From a virus: a stretch of 64,000 nt of DNA. A program made the position numbers and the translations under genes. The stretch lies in the IMG/VR virus record IMGVR_UViG_3300020477_001475, positions 32,001-96,000 of that record. One strand, given 5' to 3'. Below, piece by piece: positions 19,801-26,565 of the stretch. The notes under the pieces are model-generated. The model worked only from the letters and a program-made list of their open reading frames with translations, had not been told where the DNA came from and did not search any database. How positions within the stretch are numbered: position 1 is the stretch's first letter; each line of letters starts with the position of its first letter.

Positions 19801-20179
19801 AATACTCATTATTATAATTCATAACTTGCATTTCACATTCAGTGTTCCAACAAGTATTTTCAACTAATGTATTTCCAATATAAACACAATTTAAATCATT
19901 TTCATAACAACTATAAGCAGCCATTTGATAGTAAGATGTTTCGTAGGGATCATATGTTGAATAACCAGTATCATCAATTTCCCATGGTTGATGGCCACTT
20001 GCAGGTGATTGTCTAATGATAGAATTACATTCAGCTTCTTCACACAATGATGCAGGATCCGAATACCAATCAGCACAATGATAAAATGGTTGTCCACCAT
20101 CTTCTATATCAGATTGCCAACAATTCCAATGAGAATTGACTTTTGTTGAATCTGTACATCCTGTTTTCCAACTGCTCAC
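4820..20179 (-). CDS. Giant 5119-aa Cys/Asp/Gly-rich repeat protein, probable virion-surface/adhesin-like protein
   Basis: Uninterrupted 15.4-kb ORF, GTG start with GGAG RBS; recurrent DxDGDG, GCxDxxAxN(Y/F) and DxCGxC motifs; no signal peptide evident. Confidence 0.85.
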   Translation of the reverse strand: MSSWKTGCTDSTKVNSHWNCWQSDIEDGGQPFYHCADWYSDPASLCEEAECNSIIRQSPASGHQPWEIDDTGYSTYDPYETSYYQMAAYSCYENDLNCVYIGNTLVENTCWNTECEMQVMNYNNEYFGTIHECDNSSQCCDPIVILTDTMDQAECEGFNNCYIVESCGDGSDPNTGEGCTETFDVETYCGDTDYGYCVLYDDDDNVLEWFTDLYEDDSTCEDMGICVNPLTGETLVAADQDECESTGFCVFDLMDDENWWYRGESYCDGYPDIDNEDDCDETDDGEWFEGDEILLSAEGGYLPRATLPLGGLHEDDYAQWPWDGNAPLNEENRITFIMGGPTELWALTPQRECYKYVSWSVDTFYQGLSNDCLSNPDDGSIIRQTGNPEEYDGCPVGCDWGYHWQKYDKHYYEDGGNLNYWPAGFSNLMGDYDTDGCLYGGDCTPTGPPWEWEDDESEIRTYYWFLDERLDNSGGDRCDNKYGICWDRKNAAIHYGEARGYHHTDNGREFFDASDGEETDIRGNIPYPIGSAGPGHKDHHGIGYSSSSRRDYNDYCNHANGWSGHEWEWIYAKWLTPEWKSYEWKSLSHFDASTSNEWITSGNKLSYLSAGECEVNVDAALPDNGGYPARCEDDDGSCIENFPFNWYTSYYNVSDSHGPNGDVFYMNVNLIEGETLEGGDWLGQPVPDVGYFDNGDISPYDNHVVGIFKGFALQSGLPNPNHSCTSVEDCEIKGIMPTFRHFPFNINYIGNIEPPYLVNELTGTEDETWYSLYPEAGYFCQTGEEKPCLPSDDNSECPDSNPDCSVYCDNNQNDPCLYIWDGLWSTENISPLVFQYLLNDTDPHYDDIFEETAENWDWHYLLSTHDNTWYPEVTDCEGDEYCLSRGAQGKPLYDFPENIKYDGVGLNEYTIRIFNPDDGNIYILAQFTASKEEGSNYFEYGYGASGSDTNPSYIRFVANPEVCQSSEGNIYWNCQVWGCTNSEACNYNPFATEEDGSCKFKYDGSDPSYSTITCGEFCYPVVWDDTDGYDRICNEYTCGGESGGIECNPRTNTTALCGSPNNCFRPSCPNDVQIGENCPPPIGFSGNNNECIANLVDTRLTFYSDCDGDGAACDFPWVKYCYDIAGELIEDGSLDSMCGNDFILGGICYGTNIQCDPSDKVYQLNGILSSGDVYCESQNAGMCESIVGDAYCECDTDYYDSCGNCVEEGHEDECMSFCRDQDGNILDASHTCIQIHPDGYIIPDDGSVQNCPECPNGTCFDLGDGDGEYECKGPIGCENGLSLGCATQGCNGVCNDGTDCDTCDQCGGDGYVETCYSDEDGDGYSSGMPRDEICLGDWDDEGCVTCEHIGDGNYQPWGFNCYFGSEDENCLENACINVLDESDPLVVGGYCISTDENRCYDDDDDTCIYCDYMNDNDCRDYCGDCFADDDVYRDWRKECKLEGYCQDTWVCNNEPTTICDNVTGEPCTDNVCNTLAVTPDKECSSINGITYGCDPLEYGYDDSNLCTVDLTNTCSGNNSRLKSDDCGVCMQLNCSGDVSHIDFTDTAISYNNQVWYKNDLDVNNVFYFNKNNNPCMDNPNLEDGVYKIPNNQDWNTSCSDCKGIPCYDGNDNPINDPNWTQMKEYCYHTIDSTGQYEVEHCCVVDDWVQCNNPDTDMCCACLTSCQDLPGNDSCGQYTWWEDTDGDGLASGMVHYLCGEKDIDGIFYHIPGWVYQLDCYYNVDENQFLTYIVGGGSEPCYVEPYLDGVDAWIPYYINWYDVVTDDEMDAEDLIPGCGVTDITFGFMCLDDQFNPDCSNTPDEWDTVLINNWDNWPSLVQLAINSDYVPIENCMGMCWEDENFGDMGDIDSQILDYGCGCGGPAPTAYYLDWDGDGYGYGGACTWDPFPYDVLGFDSTAIEIWVWNNAQCDGGVFFCPNDSDFSNNWPLRIVNQTFYDENGYYWQIPTAPHNIEGDTCGWWVEPPYYGDNNDHQACVEAQADNYICKDNSCVCQEYHNYCMSLVDADLVGQYSDELCQNYVDCTFEECDVLTYPSFIDNFDDVDPEGCVGSCVNLDIIEPSYANENGAPTIYEGYPFYFYLNDVSENDSIYQDISSYYDGGYHCIRNTNPDDDYTNETFSYSVKKVDCTVGIYYDNGFNNCNTFDGLPGGFRCVSDDDSDPPLCWNFIDGIWDNSVCSGDCVELQPGGSIFLLNTSGDDFNKITLGDENNDVTYGLSDYSPGDYEITVYYPAGCYQDDDCLIKKSEQFTVNSAVYGCMDDRPLTRCEVDDLAGGMKWINCKYDSEEDIFNVDTTQFEIDNDCIGLCQEYENSDYVCNYNSDATHHNSSCEYRKKWYPDVDGDGIGCWETGYHEYEEFRCDNIGLHRQGQIAYSGHCTDSGGTCQNCNCEDDGCDVAGNICNFPHVNNADEQGISCLCYSNLYDDCGECRSSASATVGNSYCRNYDNFGVDCSGDESLCSGYCWPAQDGFALNGIALQGVCEYTNGEGDISYVCSDDINGTIYDNNNCNDECDGDENYCIKESCDGFSIKLPDEYPDPNGVGLNPFKRSNCDTGARNCIYNLHSSAPYETTFDDNTKVPSDKSWNKSCTGCRNNLSVFNCEDCDFSCTGDWNMTNATGLGLEAFGYNSNEEVGDDGVECLSNGYGCDEGGYSGQGICFNIHWWYGIAISCDSDFGGNGLKPCPEYYHDAQETVVGDVCNNTSHPTSHGYNSCCEFGFDYGCKDDRALNFDPDATRDCENNLLHDCLFAGSPPVETDIMVVNQSTVDGEADQLILTVKKWTERPWNLSVGSYITHTPGDILDTDFINYNNSNDLDVFEVLSISTEDINYSGEFYVTIRRGLFGTNSQVLPVFNVEDCDGGEGNPSSCARLWNTSSDCNYLKCCVYEPIKACTDSNAENYYCWGDYNFGVVDNFYCQSDEDGDGVYDIPNHPPVVECIAEYESYVIDGWVDDGRIDVPSYCSIFKPGSTQSVEWTISIDELWLGNFDVYLYHPNLGLSIDPMFNLDEDSEYHFNHKFITSLSPDAMGSGVFQWDVPSKLPIYGRGFKLVFQRLDEGWEDVVLKSYDFEISRGYITGPNSGEYEEWDDDDTNCSNNGTTVNENYCCEYRYDCAGLRFGSGFFHGGSCGACVNSQYVFSGEGGTRSDEDLYGNNGCGCWNYIPDKGQHSLAGSPNLPTDNGRSGVMPLTWKRDGEGDGWDSDGRPCPNLENYCDLGEGGLSDDISESDCIDEGGEWIYQAEFLKFDHTNFQNNKPDNYGYCENDTNLTCFDEKTGKYQCSGCNPLRGACIGLNDGNWSDFSSKQAFNDFDTTCDAPNIEFLMNYSGNNSGRIQLDNRCQQIAAEAGYDLFEEIQCEMDYCTFPTTGNSSNNLPSTGTGYWGDIKCLGWDYHWEVDDPYSNHTGINACYSPITGYINQNSICKNPDDVSGGAYTEDNQNFGGYPCFRDSNFDHTNPECCDDNNVWWANGGIHPGWMGPFVGDELIEDAVRKCNCLGLGNHEDYDECEQLSSCIGEDWECVPDYEGEPVDWPTGNELHPVCGYYDEENGEFIDMGEVDCSNPYQVGCYEPTLSACQCEYNFTDCHGNCVPAGSLTARINVLDDLNQCAGLNYGYVYRYDEFCNDSLSDYGETIEENEDGQYIPLDNALLDIPFLKALKIITHPDNKHMRGEDGVNDVNPHHPIGPYGADDPGGLFKLWENKNEVCVPGPQDDSSERIKTCVVGMGPLESFGADDGGSGVRRMDCNCDTYPDDTGIDNLDPFTEYGELDECGICNSPYTIRNCPNIKNDIGEITHLNSPHWRGTSKPADFEGDIVEVFTCDQNGGVCLDDGDTFIGNFPRLTTNYDLGEFIYGGPDIDCSGQCKPLYSKTGECSANYHNDDVLYPLLFSNYYGGFRFGDTNIHGRKPIDSNGDLDWEDNFYWQSVVWDLKTHDIPIWPYDPIHQVNITTDYPEDTGDMLDLHCGCKVYSHDHKDCLGCKDPGAIPPYGNYEESDDITIHKPSDCIYNKHGCADPNSIIEFTDQSNVGCIFECAMFDMAVGEDAGYCHGGSNHGVACIPSLDNSDCPDGECLGISPLATEGFQGSLCKDLEYEWPNDLNACFINYFGDGSYGCSKYLTNDQDSIDLVANKEEFYSCCDPYCGDTRSHDCYSEWYPAYDPDGNYTYPGQIQCRQIIDQGWSVREELKSHPTTSTDEGYQYNNACGGRAICGGFCPNSTHDNSLAGQVVVGDTFIDNSISGELEMSDGERGYILGMTDTNLYHTSNVDPYSESQFCSADCCGYFDVNDNTVSDIGTWHNGYYDDGCADTGYIPDESYPNGDVHQKPWPFGMDPAQGSSYCVGWGNAEGQQPGWFWEFLEDFSQMLTGLQPGFTVSNSICNNGSCCEPVLCPTLGTTTSGMHEVSDKYSGGKGYIDRWGEECPDCYTGCMQHHNNPSSMDPDWWDTQIPWGSTNSGYGSLNKLFQKTIVFDKDVPIYNIMMSAESKSIRSGAGNRGVHSLVYRVSWGDIDTGWIHHEGASHSFNQPGERNIPGSDYGTTPHIQSDNPSTLHLYSGDSMGDREQAWGYSEWSVGGGPMSDLMNFVDYDSGGDPTGAAGRLNPGGDYTDGSYWHKLVGTGIIPKGTKVKFEIGIKLTKQPATEFPKYGMMRNPKIWVPKFLPNKWGYKGHFMNELHIAPNKGGYPYQVNAFGVGSLKGYPSKFWGWWDMTDCSDGLHNQGFGFNNNMCSNWPPAPMATGTPNYYNPNTYDVTMGKIGGIAEGDVEYVENFRIEPNMISTSAIAGAGFLDYSALCGNIATILTQPGFFVDGPDGGYSIQNLIDGEGPSCDAVIANRELDPVPENGNWTETYYDPDAYHTYRTAVGDWYWYCTDSNEHCESDGADYPNGTWTLTTADNCDTYEELEDNDCENIIYNYSQFSDGNYQPVNTMAPDYPDITRMKQFSNTTPIYQFLGADNPSTYDIFYPSLTDALTVKKTIDTDVAFANYHGGDDAYAFNIAKYTMGMRGVAGMEQYVDVPFTHGCVDLTTSHEGMWYDHFGESHSGGLIAMHDLNADNPPFTFIGDGVSNTPGGHVPNWASHYPIHYLDFQSCQELRLTEEGFYSADGTNVTGDFGGLSSMVDISAEQDDCLTLENC

Positions 20180-20190
20180 TATAAGACTCC

Positions 20191-23100
20191 TTAATTACCT
20201 AAAATCATATTTACTATGCTTACTATGTCAGTTACATTAACTTGACCATCACCATTAACATCAGAACATTCTGTTAAATCATTTCCTACAGCACTTTCTA
20301 AACTTAAATCCACACCACTCAAAACAAAATTAACAATACTTACGACATCAGAAACATTAACATCACCAGTACCATTTACATCACCCGGAATACATGACAC
20401 AACATCTTCGACAGTACCACTGAATAAATATCCAAAAACATAATCTATTTTATCATTTAATTCTTGTTCTTTTTGTGTTATCCTTTCACTCTTTAACTTT
20501 ACATTCTTCTTATTAGAAAATGTTTTAACTTTAGTGTGAAGACTTCCAATTTGATCAGAAAATGAAATTATATTTGATGTTCTGTATTTAGTTGGTATTA
20601 TATTAGTAACAATAACTTCAACTACATCAGAACCTATCATTTCTTGTTCAGGTAATCCAAATGTTTCACCTAAAACTTCCAACTTAAATTTAAGAACAAT
20701 TTCATCATAACCTTGTGGTAATTCTGGTGCTTCCCATTCCAAATATGGAGATTCAGACCAAGGCAGTATATGTTCTGGTGTTCTTCTTTGTGGGTTAATA
20801 GGGTTATCTGTAATTGGATTTCCTATAAAAACCCATTCGTTACCATTCCAACGATACCATCTATATTTCAATGATTCAGTACTACCATCACATATAGAAT
20901 TAGCAGCTTGAAATGAATTACTACCATCTAACACAAATTTTCTCAATGGTTTAACCCAAAAATCTTCATTAACTATTGCTACAACTGGTGGTATTATAGA
21001 TGTAGAAACTTTAAACCCAGGTTCAAGTCTATGTACATACTCCCAACTACAACCATTTTGTTCACAATCTTCTTGATTTGTAATTGACAAATCACATTCA
21101 CAAAATTCACTATACCATTGTCCTCCTGATGAATCTTGTTCCCATTCAAATACTCTATGGTCATCGTCAATAATATTATCCGTATATGCTTCTATTTTAA
21201 ATAAGAAGTCAGTATCATAAGGTTCTTCTGAATTGTTATATGGATAACTACCACCATATCTTATCCATTCCCTACAAGATAAATTTTGCCAATCATATAT
21301 GGAATTATATCCAATAGAATATGAAGTATCATTTATATTAAAACCAGAATTAGTAATTCTTATATCAAAGGGTATTTGATATAAATCATCAATACCTTGT
21401 ACAGTACCAGGATTAGAAACTGTAAACCAACCATCTCTAGGAATTTCAAATAAGTGTCCATATTGGTCGTGTACCCTTGATACAATTCTCAATCTAACAT
21501 CAGTTATAGTTTGTGTACTATATACTTGTGCACGAAATTTTATAATATCATCTAAAATTACAGATGGAGTATCATAATCACAATCACTTGGGTTATGATA
21601 ATACCAATCAAAATCATAATTACCAGCATTAGGATCACTACAACCTGTACAAACATCCCAAAAATCTAAACAACAATTACCCTCATCATACATACATTCT
21701 AATATATCACAAGAACAGTAATCACCACCAACATTAGAATTCCCACATTCATCTACACATGACCCTCTAAATGAACAACAAATTTCATCAGTACCAGATG
21801 AAGGGAAAGTTTCATAAATATTACCACCACAATCTACCCACACAGATTCACCATCATAAATACCTGTTGGATATGGATCAAAATTAATAGCTTCTTGATT
21901 TAAACATTCAGCACATACAGTATTATCACCATCACAAATATTACAAACATCAATTTCTGAATCACAGTAACATAATGCTTCATTATCTTCATAATCATTA
22001 GTATCAATAAATTCGTAACCATCAGGACAACCACCATCTATGACAAGATTTTCATCACCTTCACATGCAATTAAAATTTGGTTATCTTGGAAATTACACC
22101 CAATACCATCACAATCATAATCCAAATAATAACATTTAGGTGTTATACAACAACCATCTAACCCGTGAGTTTCAGTACATTGAGTATTAGGTATACCTTC
22201 TTCCCAATTAGTTGTCCAAAAATTATAAATTACATTTTTATTACAATAATCGCCACTTCCACTTATCATACCATTAGCAACACCAACACAACCAAAATCA
22301 ACTGCATCTTGGTCAAGATTGTCAACACAACCCACAAATTCACAATCACCAGAATCTACTGTACAAGTTTCACAATAATTGAAAGCTCCTTGATCTGTAC
22401 AACCATAACAATAATCATCATCTTCAAAACCATTTGGAACACAACCACAATGTTCAGTGAGATATTCTTGATTTGTACAACAACATTCACAATGTTCTTC
22501 ACCATCTTGATGCCCTAAATGATTTTGACATTCACAAGGACCATCACCATTACAGATACCACATTCATCTTCTAATGCACTACCATTACATGAACCTTCA
22601 CAATCAAAATAATTTTCTTCACAATCACAATATTCATCCGCTTCACCACAATCTTCTGTAGTAGGGTATTCAGTACATTCTTCAAATCCTGGACACCAAT
22701 ATTGTAAATCGTCACAACATCCTATACCATCACCATCTGAATCATAATAACGAATATTTTCATAATATGGATTACACAAATCTGGGTTGTGATGTACTCC
22801 ATCTAAATCTTCAGCACAATCTACTACATTAACTTCATCACAATTATAATTACCATTATATATACCTTTAGCTTTAGGATTCAAACTACTAATATGATGG
22901 ACATGTTCCTCATATAAAACTTCATAATCACCAAAAGTTGGATTATCTATACCTGAAATAGCTGGACAAGGACATTTATCTATACCTTCAGGACAATCTA
23001 CACCATTAACACCATCGTCACAATAAAATAAACATCCAGAAAAGATACAACAACAATTCTCATATTCACAATCAGGACATTGAGCACCAGCATTATCTGC

Positions 23101-23775
23101 ACCAGAATCTTCATCACATTCATATGTAAGATCACATTGTAAATCGAACAAATCACTTCCATCTAGATAACAGTCCCAATTCGGATTAACAATATCTCCA
23201 GGATACTCCCAATTTTCAGTACAAGGATTTGCCATTAGCATTCCAATTGAATTACCAGAAATATCTGAACACATATCACCAAATACATCTGTATTACAAG
23301 AACAATGACCCCAAAGATTTGGATCAACAGTTTCATCTTCCCATACATAAAAATAAGCATCATGGGATAGACCATCATTACCATCGGTGTTATACCAACA
23401 ACCATATGGATGTGAGTTACCATTGCTATCATTACAAGCACCACCTTCAAATGCATTTAGTACTGGTACTGCTGTCAAATTAACACAAGGCCATTCACAA
23501 GTTTCTAATGTATCTTCTATATTTCCAGGAGTTGTTGTTTCTACTGCAATAGGTGATGTTACATTTTTAGAAGCTTCTATTGCATCTTGAAATTTTTGTA
23601 TATTAATCCGTTTTTGAATTTCTGGTTTTAATTTAGGGTTTGTTGTAATTAAAACTTTATCCTTTTCTTTTTGGGATAATTTAGTCTTTTGTTTTGGTGG
23701 AGTTTTAGGTTTAGTTGATTTCTTTGACTTGTCAACATCCACTATACCCACATTAATTTCAAAATTACCACTCAT
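20191..23775 (-). CDS. 1194-aa Cys-rich protein with a PKD/Ig-like module and C-terminal type I dockerin-like domain
   Basis: Twin repeats GDVNGTGDVNVSDVVSIVNFVL and DVNGDGQVNVTDIVSIVNMIL; FVLDGSNS...YRW...FKLEV PKD-like pattern; GCTDxxAxNY and DECGIC repeats. Confidence 0.8.
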   Translation of the reverse strand: MSGNFEINVGIVDVDKSKKSTKPKTPPKQKTKLSQKEKDKVLITTNPKLKPEIQKRINIQKFQDAIEASKNVTSPIAVETTTPGNIEDTLETCEWPCVNLTAVPVLNAFEGGACNDSNGNSHPYGCWYNTDGNDGLSHDAYFYVWEDETVDPNLWGHCSCNTDVFGDMCSDISGNSIGMLMANPCTENWEYPGDIVNPNWDCYLDGSDLFDLQCDLTYECDEDSGADNAGAQCPDCEYENCCCIFSGCLFYCDDGVNGVDCPEGIDKCPCPAISGIDNPTFGDYEVLYEEHVHHISSLNPKAKGIYNGNYNCDEVNVVDCAEDLDGVHHNPDLCNPYYENIRYYDSDGDGIGCCDDLQYWCPGFEECTEYPTTEDCGEADEYCDCEENYFDCEGSCNGSALEDECGICNGDGPCECQNHLGHQDGEEHCECCCTNQEYLTEHCGCVPNGFEDDDYCYGCTDQGAFNYCETCTVDSGDCEFVGCVDNLDQDAVDFGCVGVANGMISGSGDYCNKNVIYNFWTTNWEEGIPNTQCTETHGLDGCCITPKCYYLDYDCDGIGCNFQDNQILIACEGDENLVIDGGCPDGYEFIDTNDYEDNEALCYCDSEIDVCNICDGDNTVCAECLNQEAINFDPYPTGIYDGESVWVDCGGNIYETFPSSGTDEICCSFRGSCVDECGNSNVGGDYCSCDILECMYDEGNCCLDFWDVCTGCSDPNAGNYDFDWYYHNPSDCDYDTPSVILDDIIKFRAQVYSTQTITDVRLRIVSRVHDQYGHLFEIPRDGWFTVSNPGTVQGIDDLYQIPFDIRITNSGFNINDTSYSIGYNSIYDWQNLSCREWIRYGGSYPYNNSEEPYDTDFLFKIEAYTDNIIDDDHRVFEWEQDSSGGQWYSEFCECDLSITNQEDCEQNGCSWEYVHRLEPGFKVSTSIIPPVVAIVNEDFWVKPLRKFVLDGSNSFQAANSICDGSTESLKYRWYRWNGNEWVFIGNPITDNPINPQRRTPEHILPWSESPYLEWEAPELPQGYDEIVLKFKLEVLGETFGLPEQEMIGSDVVEVIVTNIIPTKYRTSNIISFSDQIGSLHTKVKTFSNKKNVKLKSERITQKEQELNDKIDYVFGYLFSGTVEDVVSCIPGDVNGTGDVNVSDVVSIVNFVLSGVDLSLESAVGNDLTECSDVNGDGQVNVTDIVSIVNMILGN

Positions 23776-23778
23776 AAC

Positions 23779-24501
23779 TTAATTTTCCAACGAATAATCA
23801 TTTGGATAATTGATTATTATTCTATTATGATTTTCTGATTCAGGTGGACAATCCAAATAATCGTGACAACAATTATAATTATTCTTACATAATGAATTAC
23901 AATAACAAGTAGCACCACTTGTAATTGGTGTATAAGTTCCACAACTTTCTACACAAGTATTACCATCATCATAACCATTAAAATTATTAAAACCTGGAGT
24001 TATCCAAAAAGTTTCGGGTGTATCTTTGTAAATCCAATCACCACCATAAACATCATTTCCTCCCATTCCATCAACAATCCGTTTCCAAACTGTATCAACT
24101 CCATTATCTTGGGAACTAAATTCATAATTAACAAAATTTATTTCTACATCATCACTGTCATTCAATGATATCCAGTCACTTGGATCACTTCCCCAACTGT
24201 AATCACAACCAATATGCCCATTACAATTGTCATAAGGTAAAAATATAATTTTATACCCACCCTTTTTTATAATATAATCATCTAAAATAAGAGGATTTGG
24301 AAATGTAGATGCATTTAATACCCAACCACCCAATTGTATATTATAATTACTTCTATTATAAAGTTCAACATATCTATTCTGGGTTTCTTGTAAATCTGGA
24401 AGAATTTCTGATCCATAGTAAAATTCTGTAAGTGAAAAGTCTACATCACCACCCATCCAATTATATATTTCGTTTACAACTACATCACCTAAATTAGCCA
24501 T
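23779..24501 (-). CDS. Lamin-tail-domain protein with C-terminal somatomedin-B-like Cys module
   Basis: DVVVNEIY...YVELYNRSNYNIQLGGWVL...TPGFNN (LTD pattern); SCG...CYCNSLCKNNYNCCHDYLDC (SMB spacing). Confidence 0.7.
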   Translation of the reverse strand: MANLGDVVVNEIYNWMGGDVDFSLTEFYYGSEILPDLQETQNRYVELYNRSNYNIQLGGWVLNASTFPNPLILDDYIIKKGGYKIIFLPYDNCNGHIGCDYSWGSDPSDWISLNDSDDVEINFVNYEFSSQDNGVDTVWKRIVDGMGGNDVYGGDWIYKDTPETFWITPGFNNFNGYDDGNTCVESCGTYTPITSGATCYCNSLCKNNYNCCHDYLDCPPESENHNRIIINYPNDYSLEN

Positions 24502-24937
24502 TTATAAGCTCCATTTTAGAATCTACTATGTTTTTACCATTTTTACCAACACATATCAATTCATCAAACTTTATATATTTCATATCTACATTCTTTTCCA
24601 TATCCAATTTAAATAAAAATGTCTTTTTTTCGGCTCTTGGTAATAAATTACCACCCATATTAAATGAAAGAATACGAAAGTTACCAACTAACAAGTTAAA
24701 TTTACTATCCGTCAATATACTTTTAACAGCATTTTTACTGAATACATTATCAGCCTTCTCAGAATCATATGTTCTATATAATTCCTTTTCGTTTGGGGCA
24801 TTATGTTTCCTCTGTTTAACATCCAAATTTAAATTACGCAAATTGTGTTTAAACTGAAAACCCCTCATAACTTCTGTCGAAATGTATGAAAAATCTAAAG
24901 ATATTCCTAACTTTCTTTCTACATAAAATCTTACCAT
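24494..24937 (-). CDS. Hypothetical beta-rich protein, possibly cohesin-like
   Basis: V.GFQF motif, ILSFNMGG.LP and LF.L strands resemble cohesin-type beta-sandwiches; first gene of the operon; weak assignment. Confidence 0.4.
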   Translation of the reverse strand: MVRFYVERKLGISLDFSYISTEVMRGFQFKHNLRNLNLDVKQRKHNAPNEKELYRTYDSEKADNVFSKNAVKSILTDSKFNLLVGNFRILSFNMGGNLLPRAEKKTFLFKLDMEKNVDMKYIKFDELICVGKNGKNIVDSKMELING

Positions 24938-24993
24938 ATTAATTTAAATCCTTATTGAAAAATAAAACAATATATACATAAATATTTAATCCT

Positions 24994-25022
24994 AAAAAAA
25001 ATACCCCTGTTGTTGGGGTATT
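24994..25022 (-). terminator. Intrinsic terminator separating upstream genes from the giant-protein operon
   Basis: AATACCCC-AACAACA-GGGGTATT followed by a T tract on the minus strand. Confidence 0.75.
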
Positions 25023-25051
25023 ATATAAAAATATTGATTTTATTTATGATA

Positions 25052-25249
25052 TTATCTTTCTATATCTGAATAATTAACATACCATATCTTTCCTAAATCA
25101 TCTTTAACTCTGAGGTCTTTATCAGGAAAACCTACTTCATCAATTTTAACCTTTTCACCTTCACGGAGCATTCCATCTACCGTAGGAATATTTCTTATTA
25201 CTATAACCCGTTCACCAATTTTAAAATTACTTTTTATCATTAGAATCAC
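25052..25249 (-). CDS. Small SH3-like beta-barrel hypothetical protein
   Basis: FKIGERV...G.V.I....D..G..WYV pattern. Confidence 0.55.
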   Translation of the reverse strand: MILMIKSNFKIGERVIVIRNIPTVDGMLREGEKVKIDEVGFPDKDLRVKDDLGKIWYVNYSDIER

Positions 25250-25388
25250 CTTCCATTTTTTCCATAGCCGATTCCAATTCTTTCAATTCTTTTTTAAAGC
25301 CATCTAATGTCCAACCATCATGATAACCTGCGTGGGCTAATTCTGTTTTCAAATACTTTATTCTTTTTTTCATCTGTTCTTTATCCAT
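25227..25388 (-). CDS. Small hypothetical protein (53 aa)
   Basis: MDKEQMKKRIKYLKTELAHAGYHDGWTLDG...; coupled to both neighbours. Confidence 0.55.
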   Translation of the reverse strand: MDKEQMKKRIKYLKTELAHAGYHDGWTLDGFKKELKELESAMEKMEGDSNDKK

Positions 25389-25666
25389 CATCTTATAGAC
25401 TTTTTAGTTCTTTTTTTGGATTTAACAGATTTTTTAATAGAATCACCTATAACATCTGGTTTTTTATTTTTTTTAGATGTTTTTGGTTTAGTTTTAACAG
25501 CTTTTGGTTTTTCTTCGACCTTTTCTGTTGAAATAGTTGTACCAACTTTATCATCATTTAATAATTCTGATATAGTTCTCGATAAAAAAGCTCTATCTTG
25601 AGATGAAAATAAATTTAACCTATAATGTTCATCTAAAACTCTTCTTATTTTTTCTTTAATTTCCAT
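25388..25666 (-). CDS. Lys-rich hypothetical protein
   Basis: 92 aa, basic C-terminal half; AGGAG RBS. Confidence 0.65.
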   Translation of the reverse strand: MEIKEKIRRVLDEHYRLNLFSSQDRAFLSRTISELLNDDKVGTTISTEKVEEKPKAVKTKPKTSKKNKKPDVIGDSIKKSVKSKKRTKKSIR

Positions 25667-25680
25667 ATGTAACTCCTATT

Positions 25681-26202
25681 TTATTTACAAAATCTTTTTG
25701 AACCAAAAAAATCACCAACATTAGTAAAATAACAATTTGGACACAATAACCTTAAATTATCATAAGTATAATTATCAGTATTACCATCTATAAAATCCAA
25801 CGATAAACATATCTTATCATCTGTTATCCTCTTTTCATTCCATTTACACAAACTACACTCTTCAACCATATAACCAGCATTTATCAATCGTGTTTTTAAT
25901 TTCGAAGATGAATAACCTTTATACTTGTTTGCTAAAATTTCATCCAAATCGTAGGAAGAATAAACAAATTTCTTTTCTATACCCTTCCCACTTTGATTTT
26001 TATGTTGTTCAAATATGTCATAATATTTAGCCCATTTTTTGTAAGTATTGTAATTAACACCTAACCATCTAGCAGCTTCAGAATTAGACCTTGTATTTTC
26101 TACAGCATCTTCGATCATCTTTTTAGTTAATACAAATCTTTTTCCTGGTATCTTGACATATTTTTTAACAGAACCCATTAATAATCTTTTTGATATACCC
26201 AT
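25681..26202 (-). CDS. HTH plus HNH-type endonuclease domain protein
   Basis: SNSEAARWLGVNYNTYKKWAK HTH; CSLC...LDFIDGNTDN...NLRLLCPNC (HNH-like, catalytic His apparently replaced). Confidence 0.75.
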   Translation of the reverse strand: MGISKRLLMGSVKKYVKIPGKRFVLTKKMIEDAVENTRSNSEAARWLGVNYNTYKKWAKYYDIFEQHKNQSGKGIEKKFVYSSYDLDEILANKYKGYSSSKLKTRLINAGYMVEECSLCKWNEKRITDDKICLSLDFIDGNTDNYTYDNLRLLCPNCYFTNVGDFFGSKRFCK

Positions 26203-26390
26203 GAATTAGGATCAATATTTACAACCTTTTGTTCACGTAAATGTGTAGCAGTTTGATTGTCTATCTTCCTATGAGGTGAATTATTATTACTCAAAGATTG
26301 TTCTACCCAAAATAATTCACTTGGTTCTATATCTTTATATCTATAAGAAAGCCAATCTATATGACCTTTTTCCTTTGGAAAATCCGGCAT
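26178..26390 (-). CDS. Hypothetical protein
   Basis: 70-aa ORF in the operon. Confidence 0.55.
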   Translation of the reverse strand: MPDFPKEKGHIDWLSYRYKDIEPSELFWVEQSLSNNNSPHRKIDNQTATHLREQKVVNIDPNSWVYQKDY

Positions 26391-26391
26391 A

Positions 26392-26565
26392 TTATTTCCC
26401 CTTCTTGTCGTTGCAGTAACATTCAGGTACTGGTTTTGATGCTATAATTTCCAAAGAATTTGCTATTCTTTGTAAAACTTCTAATGTAATCGCATCCTTT
26501 GATTTAATTTCAACATTGGTGTAACCTTGTGCATTCACTTTAAATGGTATTTTAATATCAGACAT
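26392..26565 (-). CDS. Hypothetical protein (likely start MSDIKIP at 26565)
   Basis: GGAGGA RBS precedes the internal ATG of the 26392-26625 ORF. Confidence 0.55.
   Translation of the reverse strand: MSDIKIPFKVNAQGYTNVEIKSKDAITLEVLQRIANSLEIIASKPVPECYCNDKKGK

Noticed and set aside
4740-23590. Many 60-190-aa plus-strand and alternate-frame ORFs inside the giant genes
   Set aside because: His/Ile/Thr-rich shadow translations of the biased Asp/Gly/Cys codons; no RBS or family motifs.
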